From the NCBI GenBank assembly GCA_040902515.1, contig JBBDXB010000006.1:574017-638016 (forward strand): a stretch of DNA of 64,000 bases, in the 5' to 3' direction. A program made the translations under genes and the position numbers. The DNA comes from Patescibacteria group bacterium (GTDB lineage: Bacteria; Patescibacteriota; SICC01). Positions 1 to 8,227 of the stretch are shown here, piece after piece. The first letter of the stretch is position 1; each line of letters starts with the position of its first letter. The notes beneath the pieces are model-generated. The model had not been told where the DNA came from, did no database searches, and saw only the letters and a list, made by a program, of their open reading frames with translations.

Positions 1-2
1 TA

Positions 3-899
3 GTGTTCCGTGGCTGGGTCGGACTCTCCGAGTCCGAGCAGGTGCGGGCGCTTTACCGCTGGTCCCTGCAAGATCCGGTGGTCGCAGCGATGGCGCTCTA
101 CTGCTACTCCAAGGACTCATACTCCAAGGAGCGCATCGACGCCTATCGCACGGCCAAGCCGGGATCGCATAACCACCGGCAGGCAACCCGGGCGCTCCAT
201 GCCATGATGACCCATCCCGGGTTCTCGTTCGATAACTACAAGCTTTACGGCAAGTGGTTCAACGAGAGCGTCAACGCAGCCGGACAGCCGTCCGGATCGC
301 AGACGACGCACAACGGGACGGCTTCCACGCAGGCGACGATTCCGGCGATGGTACTGCCCGATGGGCAGGTCATCCCCGGTGGCAAGACGACGCAGCTTCA
401 CCGCTGCATCAACTGCCAGCGCAAGCAGCTGCCCCCGGCAATCCCGCCGAAGCAGCCGTCGGATGGACCCGGTCCTGGACCTGGTCCGAGCCCCGAGGGT
501 CGCCATCCGGCACAACCGGGCGGTGACAATCTCGGTGGGGGTCGTCCGCCGCAGCGAGGTGGGGACTACGGTGACACGCATCGTCGTGTTCCCAACACCC
601 CTGCCACGCCGAAGCGACGGCCGATCATCCAGCCGGATACCCCGGTAAGGACGCCCCCCGGTACGGGTGGCGAGATCAAGCCGAGCGACCCACCTCCGCA
701 AAGCGACAGCGGCGGTGGAACGGTGACGGAGCCAACGGCCCCGCCGACTCCTCAACCGAGTGAGCCGCCGGCGATGATACCGCTACCACTACCGCCCGAG
801 TGGGGTGCACCCCCGCCGCCTCCGGCCGAGCAGGGCGCACCACCGCCCCCATCGTCCACGTCAACGAGCGCGGCACCCCCACCTCCGCCCCCTGAGTAG
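3..899 (+). CDS. Partial hypothetical protein; N-terminal region of unknown function, C-terminal ~200 aa proline-rich low-complexity tail (5' end may lie outside the window)
   Basis: ORF in frame from window edge; C-terminus dominated by P/G/T/A (PPPPPAEQGAPPPP). No recognisable catalytic motifs. Confidence 0.4.
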   Translation: MFRGWVGLSESEQVRALYRWSLQDPVVAAMALYCYSKDSYSKERIDAYRTAKPGSHNHRQATRALHAMMTHPGFSFDNYKLYGKWFNESVNAAGQPSGSQTTHNGTASTQATIPAMVLPDGQVIPGGKTTQLHRCINCQRKQLPPAIPPKQPSDGPGPGPGPSPEGRHPAQPGGDNLGGGRPPQRGGDYGDTHRRVPNTPATPKRRPIIQPDTPVRTPPGTGGEIKPSDPPPQSDSGGGTVTEPTAPPTPQPSEPPAMIPLPLPPEWGAPPPPPAEQGAPPPPSSTSTSAAPPPPPPE

Positions 900-1054
900 C
901 GAATAACGTTTCGCCATCTCCTGGGTCGGAGACCTGATTGCACCCCGGCCGGTACACGGCACGCTTACACAGGTGCCATGGCCGGTCGGGGTCAGTCTGG
1001 GGTTACACCACTGCAACCACGGAAAGGAACAATGGAAAACAATGATGGATCATC

Positions 1055-1114
1055 GGAGCAGTAAATTACTTGAACTTGTCGTCCAGACAACTACTCATCG
1101 TGATTTACTGCTCC
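1055..1114. repeat. 12-bp perfect inverted repeat (ggagcagtaaat / atttactgctcc) separated by ~36 nt in the lower-GC intergenic region upstream of the LPXTG gene
   Basis: Read directly from sequence 1055-1066 and 1103-1114; could form a long stem-loop in RNA or act as a paired operator. Confidence 0.5.
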
Positions 1115-1223
1115 CTCCCCATTCCATCGATGCTGGTTGATTGACCGGGTTCGCAACTTAACAACCCGACGCACACACGTTCACACGCCTTTGTTTCACT
1201 TAACCATTAATTAACCAAGGAGG

Positions 1224-2927
1224 ATGCACATGAGTAACATCTTCAATCTGCGCTTTAGGCGCAAAAAGCTCTTCGTTGCCCTCGGCATGCTGCTGGCGCT
1301 CGCGGTCACTCCGCTGCTCCAGTCTTCGCAGGCCGCCGGTAACGTCATCATCGACAGCACGTTCTCGTCCCGGGTCTACAGCGGCCCCGGCGGCCCGACG
1401 GACTTCGCCGATACCACCACCGTCCGACACGGCAACGTGGTCCAGTATGGAATCCTGGTCCATAACGCCGAGGACGCCCGTTCTGGCGACAGCGCCAAGA
1501 ACTTCAAGATCCGGGTAACCATCCCCGACGCGTCCAACGGTTCTCAGGCCGTCAATACTGAGACCATCTCGGCCGATAACGGCCACTCCCCGGGAGCGTA
1601 CCGGAATACCGACACCACGACGCTGAAGTCGAAGGACGGTAAGCCGTTCACGATCACCGGTCTCCGCAACATCCAGTTGCAGCGGAACAACGTCCCCAAG
1701 ACGAACAACCCGACCTTCAACTGGAGCGCCCCGGAGAACATCCCGTACGAACGAGTAGAGGTCGAACGGAAGAACAACGCTTCCGTCCTGACGATTACGC
1801 CGACCAAGAGCGGCGACCTGGGACCGTGCTTCCAGAACGCGCTTCGGGTCATCTTCCTGGCTGACATCACCCAGGGGAAGCCTGGACCGCAGCTGGCGAT
1901 CGATAAGAAGGTCCGGAAGGCCGGAGAGACCAACTTCTCCGAAGCCAACACGATCAAGCCGAACCAGAACATGCAGTACTTCGTGGAGCTGAAGAACGTC
2001 GGCGGTGCTCCCGCCACGAACGTCGTGCTCCGTGACGCGCTGCCGCGACATGTCAAACTGATGCCGGGAAGCGTCCAGCTCCGGAGTTCGAGCAATACCA
2101 CGCTCAGACCCGGGCCGGATAACTTCGTGAACGGAGGAATCTCCTACGCGAGCTTCGGGCAAGGTGCCTGGGTCCAGGTGTACTTCAACGTTTCGGTAGG
2201 CGACCCCGGGGAGTGTCCCTGGTGGTTCAAGAACTTCGCACTCGTGAAGTCCGACCAGACCAACGGATCCGAGTTCTTTGACTCGGTGAAGACGGACCTG
2301 GTGTGCCAGCCGACACCGACACCGACTCCGACACCCACTCCTACACCTACGCCCACTCCGACTCCTACGCTGACGCCGACCCCGACACCGACCCCGACTC
2401 CCGAAGTCCAGATCGGTGATCTCCGGATCATCAAGTTCGAGGACCTCAACGGCAACGGTAAGGAAGACGAGGGCGAACCGCGGATGGCGGGAGTGACCTT
2501 CACGACCACCGGTCCGAGTGATTTCTCGAATACGTCACAGACCGACGAGAGCGGTGAGATCGTCCTCACGGACCTGGAAGAGGGTAGCTATACGGTGACC
2601 GAGACGGTTCCGCAGGGCTTCGAGGTGACCACGGAGAACCCGCAGACCAAGACGGTACAGACCGGTGAGACCGCGGAATTCTCCTTCGGCAACAAGCGCA
2701 TCGTGACGCCGACGCCAACCCCGACCCCGCCGACCGTCCAGACCCCGACTCCGGAAGCAACCCCGCCGGTGACGCCCCCGGGCGGCCCGAAGGGTCAACT
2801 GCCGGTGACCGGCGCCTCAGGCGCGGCTGGCCTGGCCACGATGGCCGTGGCGACCAGCGCGTACCTGTACCGCCGGGAACGGAACGCACTCGCTGAAGCG
2901 ATTCGTAACCATTCGGTAGACGGCTAA
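1224..2927 (+). CDS. Cell-surface protein with signal peptide, DUF11/Cna-B (SdrD B-like) type domains, Pro-Thr linkers and a C-terminal LPXTG sortase sorting signal (LPVTG + hydrophobic stretch + RRERN)
   Basis: Strong SD (aaggagg) 6 nt upstream of ATG; N-terminal MHMSNIFNLRFRRKKLFVALGMLLALAV signal; PTPTPT linkers; EDLNGNGKEDEGE...GSYTVTE Cna-B-like motif; LPVTGASGAAGLATMAVATSAYLYRRERN tail. Confidence 0.8.
   Translation: MHMSNIFNLRFRRKKLFVALGMLLALAVTPLLQSSQAAGNVIIDSTFSSRVYSGPGGPTDFADTTTVRHGNVVQYGILVHNAEDARSGDSAKNFKIRVTIPDASNGSQAVNTETISADNGHSPGAYRNTDTTTLKSKDGKPFTITGLRNIQLQRNNVPKTNNPTFNWSAPENIPYERVEVERKNNASVLTITPTKSGDLGPCFQNALRVIFLADITQGKPGPQLAIDKKVRKAGETNFSEANTIKPNQNMQYFVELKNVGGAPATNVVLRDALPRHVKLMPGSVQLRSSSNTTLRPGPDNFVNGGISYASFGQGAWVQVYFNVSVGDPGECPWWFKNFALVKSDQTNGSEFFDSVKTDLVCQPTPTPTPTPTPTPTPTPTPTLTPTPTPTPTPEVQIGDLRIIKFEDLNGNGKEDEGEPRMAGVTFTTTGPSDFSNTSQTDESGEIVLTDLEEGSYTVTETVPQGFEVTTENPQTKTVQTGETAEFSFGNKRIVTPTPTPTPPTVQTPTPEATPPVTPPGGPKGQLPVTGASGAAGLATMAVATSAYLYRRERNALAEAIRNHSVDG
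2308..2403 (+). repeat. Tandem hexanucleotide (ccgacN)n microsatellite encoding the (PT)n linker of the LPXTG protein
   Basis: ~16 near-identical ccgaca/ccgact/cctaca units in a row; encodes PTPTPTPTPTPTPTPTPTLTPTPTPTPTP. Confidence 0.8.
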
Positions 2928-2955
2928 GGCCATCCCGCTGCCGGCGAACGAAAAA

Positions 2956-2978
2956 GGCTCCCTCACGGGAGTCTTTTT
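2956..2978. terminator. Bidirectional rho-independent terminator hairpin (aaaaaGGCTCCCtcacGGGAGTCttttt)
   Basis: GC-rich 7-bp stem with 4-nt loop, flanked by A-run upstream and T-run downstream, immediately after the LPXTG gene stop. Confidence 0.7.
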
Positions 2979-3012
2979 CAATTGGAGCGGAAACCGTGGC
3001 TATACTGGAGGC

Positions 3013-4096
3013 ATGGAGCAGGAACTCCAGGAACGAATCGACAGCCTGGCGAAACGCTTTGCCCAGGTGAGGGAGTTTCTTTGACCTCGCCGGCAAAGAG
3101 ACCGAGCTAGCCGATCTCAAGAAACAGTCCGAGCGTGAGGACATCTGGCACGACCAGGAAGAGGCCCGGGCGGTGATGCAGCGGCTCAACGAGCTCGCCG
3201 AGCAGGTCGGGTTCTGGCAGCGATTCGAGCATGACCTCACCGACCTGCGGGAACTGCTGGGACTGTCCGGACAGGATGACAAGGCGGTGCGGGAGATCGC
3301 CACGAACCTGGGTGAGCTCGAACGCACGTTCACGCAACATGAATCGGCGGCGCTGCTCTCCGGCGAACACGACGCACGCCCGGCTCACGTGACGATCCAA
3401 GCCGGCGCGGGCGGGACCGACGCCCAGGACTGGGCGCACATGCTGGAACGGATGTACCTCCGGTTCGCGGAACGCCGCGGTTGGCGGACGGAGGTCGAGG
3501 AGCGTTCGGCGGGGGAGGAGGCCGGCATCAAGAGCGTGACGTTGCGGGTGGACGGCCCGTCGGCGTACGGGTACCTTCGGGGGGAATCGGGTGTCCATCG
3601 GCTCGTGCGGCAGTCGCCGTTCAACGCCAAGAGCCTCCGGCAGACCTCGTTCGCCCGGGTGGAGGTGCTTCCGGACCTGCCGTCACATGCCGTCGAGCTG
3701 GACGAGAAGGATCTGCGGATCGACACCTACCGAGCCTCCGGTGCCGGTGGCCAGCACGTGAACAAGACCGATTCGGCGGTTCGGATCACCCATCTGCCCA
3801 CCGGCCTGATCGCCCAATGCCAAAGCGAACGCTCCCAGGCGCAGAACAAGGAGGCGACGATGAAGATCCTCTACGGGAAACTCCTGGCGTTGGCCGAGAA
3901 GCAGCAGAAGGCGGATCTCCGGAAACTCGAGACCAGCGATACGGCGGCATGGGGAAACCAGATCCGCTCGTACGTCCTGCACCCCTACAAACAGGTGAAA
4001 GACCTCCGTACGCGTGTCGAACGGCCGGACCCGGACGCCGTGCTCGAAGGCGACCTCGACGACTTCGTGGAGGCGGAACTCCGGTTACCCCGCTAG
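3013..4096 (+). CDS. prfB: Peptide chain release factor 2, expressed via programmed +1 ribosomal frameshift (frame 0: 3013-3084 ending at in-frame TGA; +1 frame: 3083-4096)
   Basis: Frame 0 MEQELQERIDSLAKRFAQVREFL* ends at CTT TGA C, preceded by internal SD-like AGGGAG. This is the canonical RF2 autoregulatory frameshift site. Downstream frame carries SPF (RQSPFN) and GGQ (SGAGGQHVNKT) motifs. Confidence 0.9.
3070..3088 (+). promoter_or_regulatory. prfB +1 frameshift recoding site (AGGGAG-TTT-CTT-TGA-C)
   Basis: Internal Shine-Dalgarno-like AGGGAG 3 nt upstream of the CUU UGA C slippery/stop context, as in the E. coli prfB recoding site. Confidence 0.85.
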
Positions 4097-4471
4097 CAGG
4101 GCGGCGGCTTTGCCGACCACCTCGCTGGGCGTGAAGTTGGACTTGAGCAGGTAGTCGGCGGCACCGAGCGCCATTCCGCGGTCGATGTAGTCCTGGTCGC
4201 CGACGTTCGAAAGCAGGACGACCTGCACGTCCTTCGTTTCCGCATCCTGCTTCAATTCCTCGAGCACTTCGATGCCGCTCTTCTTCGGCATCATGATGTC
4301 GAGCAGGACGAGATCCGGGCCATGCTCACGGACCAGGGAGATTCCCTCGTCGCCGTCCAGCGCGTGGTGGATGTCATACCCCTCGCGTTGGAACTTTTGG
4401 ACATACATGTCCGCCAGGACGGAGTCATCTTCGATTAGGACGATTGTCTTTTTGTCTGTCATCGATTTCAT
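4085..4471 (-). CDS. Stand-alone CheY-like response regulator receiver domain protein (128 aa)
   Basis: MKSMTDKKTIVLIEDD...LVLLDIMMPKKSG...LLSNVGD...LLKS with phospho-acceptor Asp context (LLDIMMP), T/S and K residues. The ORF track's longer ORF is trimmed to the internal ATG that begins the receiver domain. Confidence 0.75.
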   Translation of the reverse strand: MKSMTDKKTIVLIEDDSVLADMYVQKFQREGYDIHHALDGDEGISLVREHGPDLVLLDIMMPKKSGIEVLEELKQDAETKDVQVVLLSNVGDQDYIDRGMALGAADYLLKSNFTPSEVVGKAAALLAG

Positions 4472-4516
4472 TCTCCCATGCGGGCAAGCGCATTGACAAA
4501 CTCCCGAAAAGATGTT

Positions 4517-5992
4517 ATGGTTAAGCAATTTATGGACACCACGATCATTGGTCTCGGGCTCCTGCTGGCGATCACAGCCATCGTCGTACTGACCGTGCGG
4601 ATCCGGGCGTTGGCCCGGCAGGTCCGTTCCCGGGAGCTCGCGGTCAAGCGGGACCTCGGAAGAATCCGACAGATCGACCGAATGCTCCTGGCGAACCTGT
4701 CCCTCGGATACATCGCCCAAGAAGTGGCGAACGTCTTCGCCGACCACCGGGCCGTGCTCGGCGGTGCCGTCCAGCGGGCCAACCGCGACGGTACGCTCGA
4801 GGTACTGGCCGTCTCGGAGGAACTCAAGCGGATGGGAAACCGGGGGCTCGGCGTGCTGGCGCACAAGGTGCAGAGCGGCATCGAGCTGGAACGCAGCGGC
4901 TCCCTGATCGTCCGGGCCATCAACCAGCGGCAGATCATGGTGGGCGAACGGCTGGGTGACGTGGACGTGCCCGCGCTTACCCCCGGACAGGCCGGCAAGA
5001 TCCAGAAGCGTCTGGGCATCCGGGGCGTGGCGATTTATCCGGTGATGGCCAACGAGCGGGTCTACGGCGCGGTGACGTACTACCTGCGATCCCCATACGA
5101 GAGCCTGGGAGAGCGGGACAAGGAAACGCTCCAGGCGATGACCGACGGCGTGGCTGTCGCGATGGTGAACGCCAGCCTGCTCACGGAGATCGATGCGGTG
5201 AACCAGCGGCTGACCCAGGCCAACGCCGGTTTGAAACGGGCGGACGAGACCAAGGATGAGTTCGTCTCGATCGCCTCGCACCAGCTCCGCGGACCGCTCA
5301 CGGCGATCCGCGGCTACCTGGCGATGCTCGAGGATGGTGACTTCGGTGCGATTCCTGACCGCCAGCGTCCCGTCGTGGAGCAGATCTCCGAAAGCACGAA
5401 CGAGGTAATCAACATCCTGAACGACATGCTTTCCCTCTCGCGGATCAATGCCCGGCGCTTCGAGCTGACCCCCAGTCCCGTGCGGCTGGAGGACGTGGCC
5501 CGCGACGTCACCCGGGAATTCGAGTCGTTGGCCAAGAAGAAAGGACTGAAGCTCATCCTGGAGCTGCCGGACCAGACGATCGGCCAACTGAATCTCGACG
5601 GTCTCCGCATCCGCCAGGTCATCGTGAACTTCGTGGACAACGCGATCAAATACACGCAGAAGGGAACGGTGCGGGTCTCGATCGCCCAAGAAGGCGACGA
5701 AGCGGTCCTTCGTGTCCGGGATAGCGGTATCGGTATCTCGGCGGAAGACCGGCACAAGATGTTCACCAAGTTCTTCCGGGCGGATAACGCCCGGAACGTC
5801 CTGGCGTCCGGTACCGGCCTGGGCCTGTTCGTGGCCCGGCGGATCGTGGAGGCGCATGGCGGAAGCGTCATCCTGGAAAGCATTCTCGGCAAGGGAAGTA
5901 CGTTCGGGTTCCGCCTGCCGCTTCCCGCGGTACGCGGCGGCCACGGCGCCGCGTACCGTCGGTCTGCCCGGACCCCGGCCGTCGCGAGCTGA
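4517..5992 (+). CDS. Sensor histidine kinase (TM anchor, GAF-like sensor, HisKA, HATPase_c)
   Basis: TM helix IIGLGLLLAITAIVVLTV; H-box SIASHQLRGPLTAIRGYLAML; N box VNFVDNAIKYT; G1 DSGIGI; G2 GTGLGL. Start assigned to the ATG at 4517 (MVKQF) because the 4478 start would abut the divergent RR start. Confidence 0.8.
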   Translation: MVKQFMDTTIIGLGLLLAITAIVVLTVRIRALARQVRSRELAVKRDLGRIRQIDRMLLANLSLGYIAQEVANVFADHRAVLGGAVQRANRDGTLEVLAVSEELKRMGNRGLGVLAHKVQSGIELERSGSLIVRAINQRQIMVGERLGDVDVPALTPGQAGKIQKRLGIRGVAIYPVMANERVYGAVTYYLRSPYESLGERDKETLQAMTDGVAVAMVNASLLTEIDAVNQRLTQANAGLKRADETKDEFVSIASHQLRGPLTAIRGYLAMLEDGDFGAIPDRQRPVVEQISESTNEVINILNDMLSLSRINARRFELTPSPVRLEDVARDVTREFESLAKKKGLKLILELPDQTIGQLNLDGLRIRQVIVNFVDNAIKYTQKGTVRVSIAQEGDEAVLRVRDSGIGISAEDRHKMFTKFFRADNARNVLASGTGLGLFVARRIVEAHGGSVILESILGKGSTFGFRLPLPAVRGGHGAAYRRSARTPAVAS

Positions 5993-7189
5993 TTACTGCC
6001 CGATATCGAGCTTCTTGCCGCCCCGGGCGGCCGCTTTGCCTTCGGATGAACCGGATGCCGCCTCGTCTTTCGCCGCGGCCTTGGGAAGGCTGAGGACGAA
6101 CGCATTGCCGGTATTGGTGCCGGTCACCGAGAACCGGGCGCGATGCGCCTCGATGATCTGCTGGGCGATGTAGTAGCCGATACCCTCCTCGAAGCCCTGC
6201 GCGCCGACGTAATCGAAGACGTTCTGCTGCTGGTCGCGGGCCAGCGGCGCTCCCTGGTTCTCGATCCGGAACTCGACTTCGGGATCCGTTTCCTGGAGGT
6301 TGAACGAGACCTCGCTCTTCGGAGCGGATGTCCGGGCGGCGGTGTTGGCGATCATCGAAAGCAGACGCCCCACTTCCGTGACATCCACCTCGATCTCCGC
6401 GTCCGTGCCCGGTTTGCCGGCATTCAGCGTTCGTGACGATTCGGCGACCGTCGTGGCGAGCTTGTCGGTGGCCTGCGTGAATAGCTCTTTCGCGGCGATC
6501 CGCTGCTTGCGTACGGCGATCTTCTCCTCGGAGAGGGTCTCGATCCGGGCCATGTCCTCGATGATCCGGAGCAGCTTGTTGGCGCTGTCCAGGATCGTCT
6601 GTACTTTGCTGAGCGCATCCTTGGGGAGCTTCCCGGCGTCTCCGGAAAGGAGCAGGTCGGCGTAGCCTTTCATGGCGGTGATCGGTGCCCGGAGCTCGAA
6701 CGAGGAGAGGTTCACGAGGCGCTTTCGGAGTTCCTTCTCCGCCTGTTCGGTCGTGGCGTCGACCAGGACCACCACGTGGTACCCGGGCGGATAGGTCAGG
6801 GAGCGTTTGGCGGCGTAGACCGGCGTCAGCGTACCGTCCTGCGCCGTGACCGTACCCTGGCGCTTGCGTTCGGTCAGCTTGAGCGGCTTGCCGCCACCGT
6901 CTATCGAAAGCACCGTCTCGAGCGGCTGATGGAACGACGAGCGGCCTTCCCGGCCGGTCATCGTCGCAAACGACTGGTTGGCATACTCGACGGTGCCCTC
7001 CGGGTCGACCAGGGCCACGCCCTCGTCGAGGTGCTGTCCGAACTCTTCCCAGAGCTTGAAGCGGTCGGCGGCTTCCTCGGTGGTCTGCTTGATCGCGTCC
7101 TGGGCGCCGGCCTGTCGGAACAGGGAACGGATCAGCAACACGAGGGTTACGAGGAACGCGGTGGCGAAGATGAACGTAAGCGTATCCAC
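5993..7189 (-). CDS. PAS-domain histidine-kinase-like protein with degenerate catalytic motifs (phospho-acceptor His replaced by Phe); GTG start
   Basis: N-terminal TM, PAS-like region (LVDPEGTVEYANQSFATMTGRE). HisKA-like block reads NLSSFELRAPITAMKGYADLL (F where the conserved H of SHELRxPLT sits). ATPase N/G boxes are degenerate (MIANTAARTS; IENQGAPLA). Converges on the kinase at 4517-5992 with zero gap. Confidence 0.6.
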   Translation of the reverse strand: MDTLTFIFATAFLVTLVLLIRSLFRQAGAQDAIKQTTEEAADRFKLWEEFGQHLDEGVALVDPEGTVEYANQSFATMTGREGRSSFHQPLETVLSIDGGGKPLKLTERKRQGTVTAQDGTLTPVYAAKRSLTYPPGYHVVVLVDATTEQAEKELRKRLVNLSSFELRAPITAMKGYADLLLSGDAGKLPKDALSKVQTILDSANKLLRIIEDMARIETLSEEKIAVRKQRIAAKELFTQATDKLATTVAESSRTLNAGKPGTDAEIEVDVTEVGRLLSMIANTAARTSAPKSEVSFNLQETDPEVEFRIENQGAPLARDQQQNVFDYVGAQGFEEGIGYYIAQQIIEAHRARFSVTGTNTGNAFVLSLPKAAAKDEAASGSSEGKAAARGGKKLDIGQ

Positions 7190-7282
7190 GCCGCCAGTCT
7201 ACAGGCCGCGGGCGCGCGCCACTAGTTCGGTGCGGACCCGCTGCTTTGCGGTCGGAGCCATGCGTCCGGCACAATGGAGTGG

Positions 7283-7366
7283 GCCGGGGTGGCGGAACTG
7301 GCATACGCGACGGACTCAAAATCCGTTGCCCGCAAGGGCTTGTGGGTTCGAATCCCACCCCCGGCA
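7283..7366 (+). tRNA. tRNA-Leu (anticodon CAA), class II with long variable arm
   Basis: Acceptor stem gccgggg/ccccggc, U8, anticodon loop cuCAAaa, variable-arm hairpin gccc-gcaa-gggc, T-loop gggttcgaatccc, discriminator A. Confidence 0.8.
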
Positions 7367-7406
7367 CCGTTTGCCGCCGGTCATCCGGCGTCGTAGGGTT
7401 AAATCG

Positions 7407-8216
7407 ATGGAGTCGCCAGAGGCCACGTACCAAGCACCCGCCCGTCCGCCCCGGCGCGATCCGGCCGACGTGCTGTGGCGGTTCGCGAAGGGTATCTTCC
7501 CGCTGGTACTGATCGGCGTAGCCGTGTACCTGGTCTTCAACTTTCCGGCGCTTTGGACGCGTCTGACGTTCATGGTCAGCAGCCCGGAGAGCGCTTCGGC
7601 GGCGACGTTGCCGGAAGTGGTGCGGACCGGAACCTTGCCGGGAGGTGGTGATGGTGCCGGTCAGGCCGGCGTGCCCTGCGAAGGGAACATCCCATACGAC
7701 GGCAGCGGTAACCCGCGCGCCATCTGCGACAACTACATTTATATTCCGCGTATCCGGGTAGCCGCACCGATCGTCCGTCCCGCATCCACGTCGGAAGCGG
7801 TGATCAACGACGCGCTCCTTCGCGGCGTGATCAAGTATCCCGGCACCGCCGACCCCGGCGAGAAGGGTAACCTGTTCCTGACCGGACACAGCTCTTACTA
7901 CTGGTGGGTGGATACCGACTATCGTAATGTCTTCGCCCTGGTTCCCGAGCTTCGCGTCGGTGACGAGATCGTGGTGTATCACCGGGGCAAACGGTATCTC
8001 TACCGCACCCACCGGACCTTCGAAGTCGCCCCCACCCACACCGACGTCCTGAAACCGACCCGTGAGTCGATGGTGACGCTCTCGACCTGCGTGCCGGTCG
8101 GTACGAGCTATCGGCGGATCATCATCCGAGCCCGGCAGATCAGCCCCGATCCGGCCACGAACGTGGCTCCCGGCGAATCAGCCGAAACGCCCGCCCGGCT
8201 GCCGGGTGTCCGCTAG
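7407..8216 (+). CDS. Sortase family transpeptidase (membrane-anchored)
   Basis: N-terminal TM (LVLIGVAVYLVFNF); catalytic His in LFLTGHSSYY; TLSTC Cys motif; conserved Arg in RRIIIRA. Candidate enzyme for the LPVTG substrate at 1224-2927. Confidence 0.8.
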   Translation: MESPEATYQAPARPPRRDPADVLWRFAKGIFPLVLIGVAVYLVFNFPALWTRLTFMVSSPESASAATLPEVVRTGTLPGGGDGAGQAGVPCEGNIPYDGSGNPRAICDNYIYIPRIRVAAPIVRPASTSEAVINDALLRGVIKYPGTADPGEKGNLFLTGHSSYYWWVDTDYRNVFALVPELRVGDEIVVYHRGKRYLYRTHRTFEVAPTHTDVLKPTRESMVTLSTCVPVGTSYRRIIIRARQISPDPATNVAPGESAETPARLPGVR

Positions 8217-8227
8217 GGAAAGAGTCG

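Noticed and set aside
2308-2403. Tandem repeat considered as a possible CRISPR-like array
   Set aside because: Units are 6 nt with no spacers and lie in-frame inside a CDS, encoding a PT linker. It is a microsatellite, not CRISPR.
5868-8039. 723-aa - strand ORF spanning the HK-like gene, tRNA-Leu and the sortase
   Set aside because: Arg/Gly/Pro-rich translation typical of an out-of-frame reading of GC-rich DNA. It overlaps a well-supported tRNA and two CDSs with clear motifs, so it is spurious. The same reasoning applies to other long antisense ORFs (1200-2162, 9572-10945, 15848-17065, 21980-23032, 28742-29854, 40691-42373, 47887-49212).
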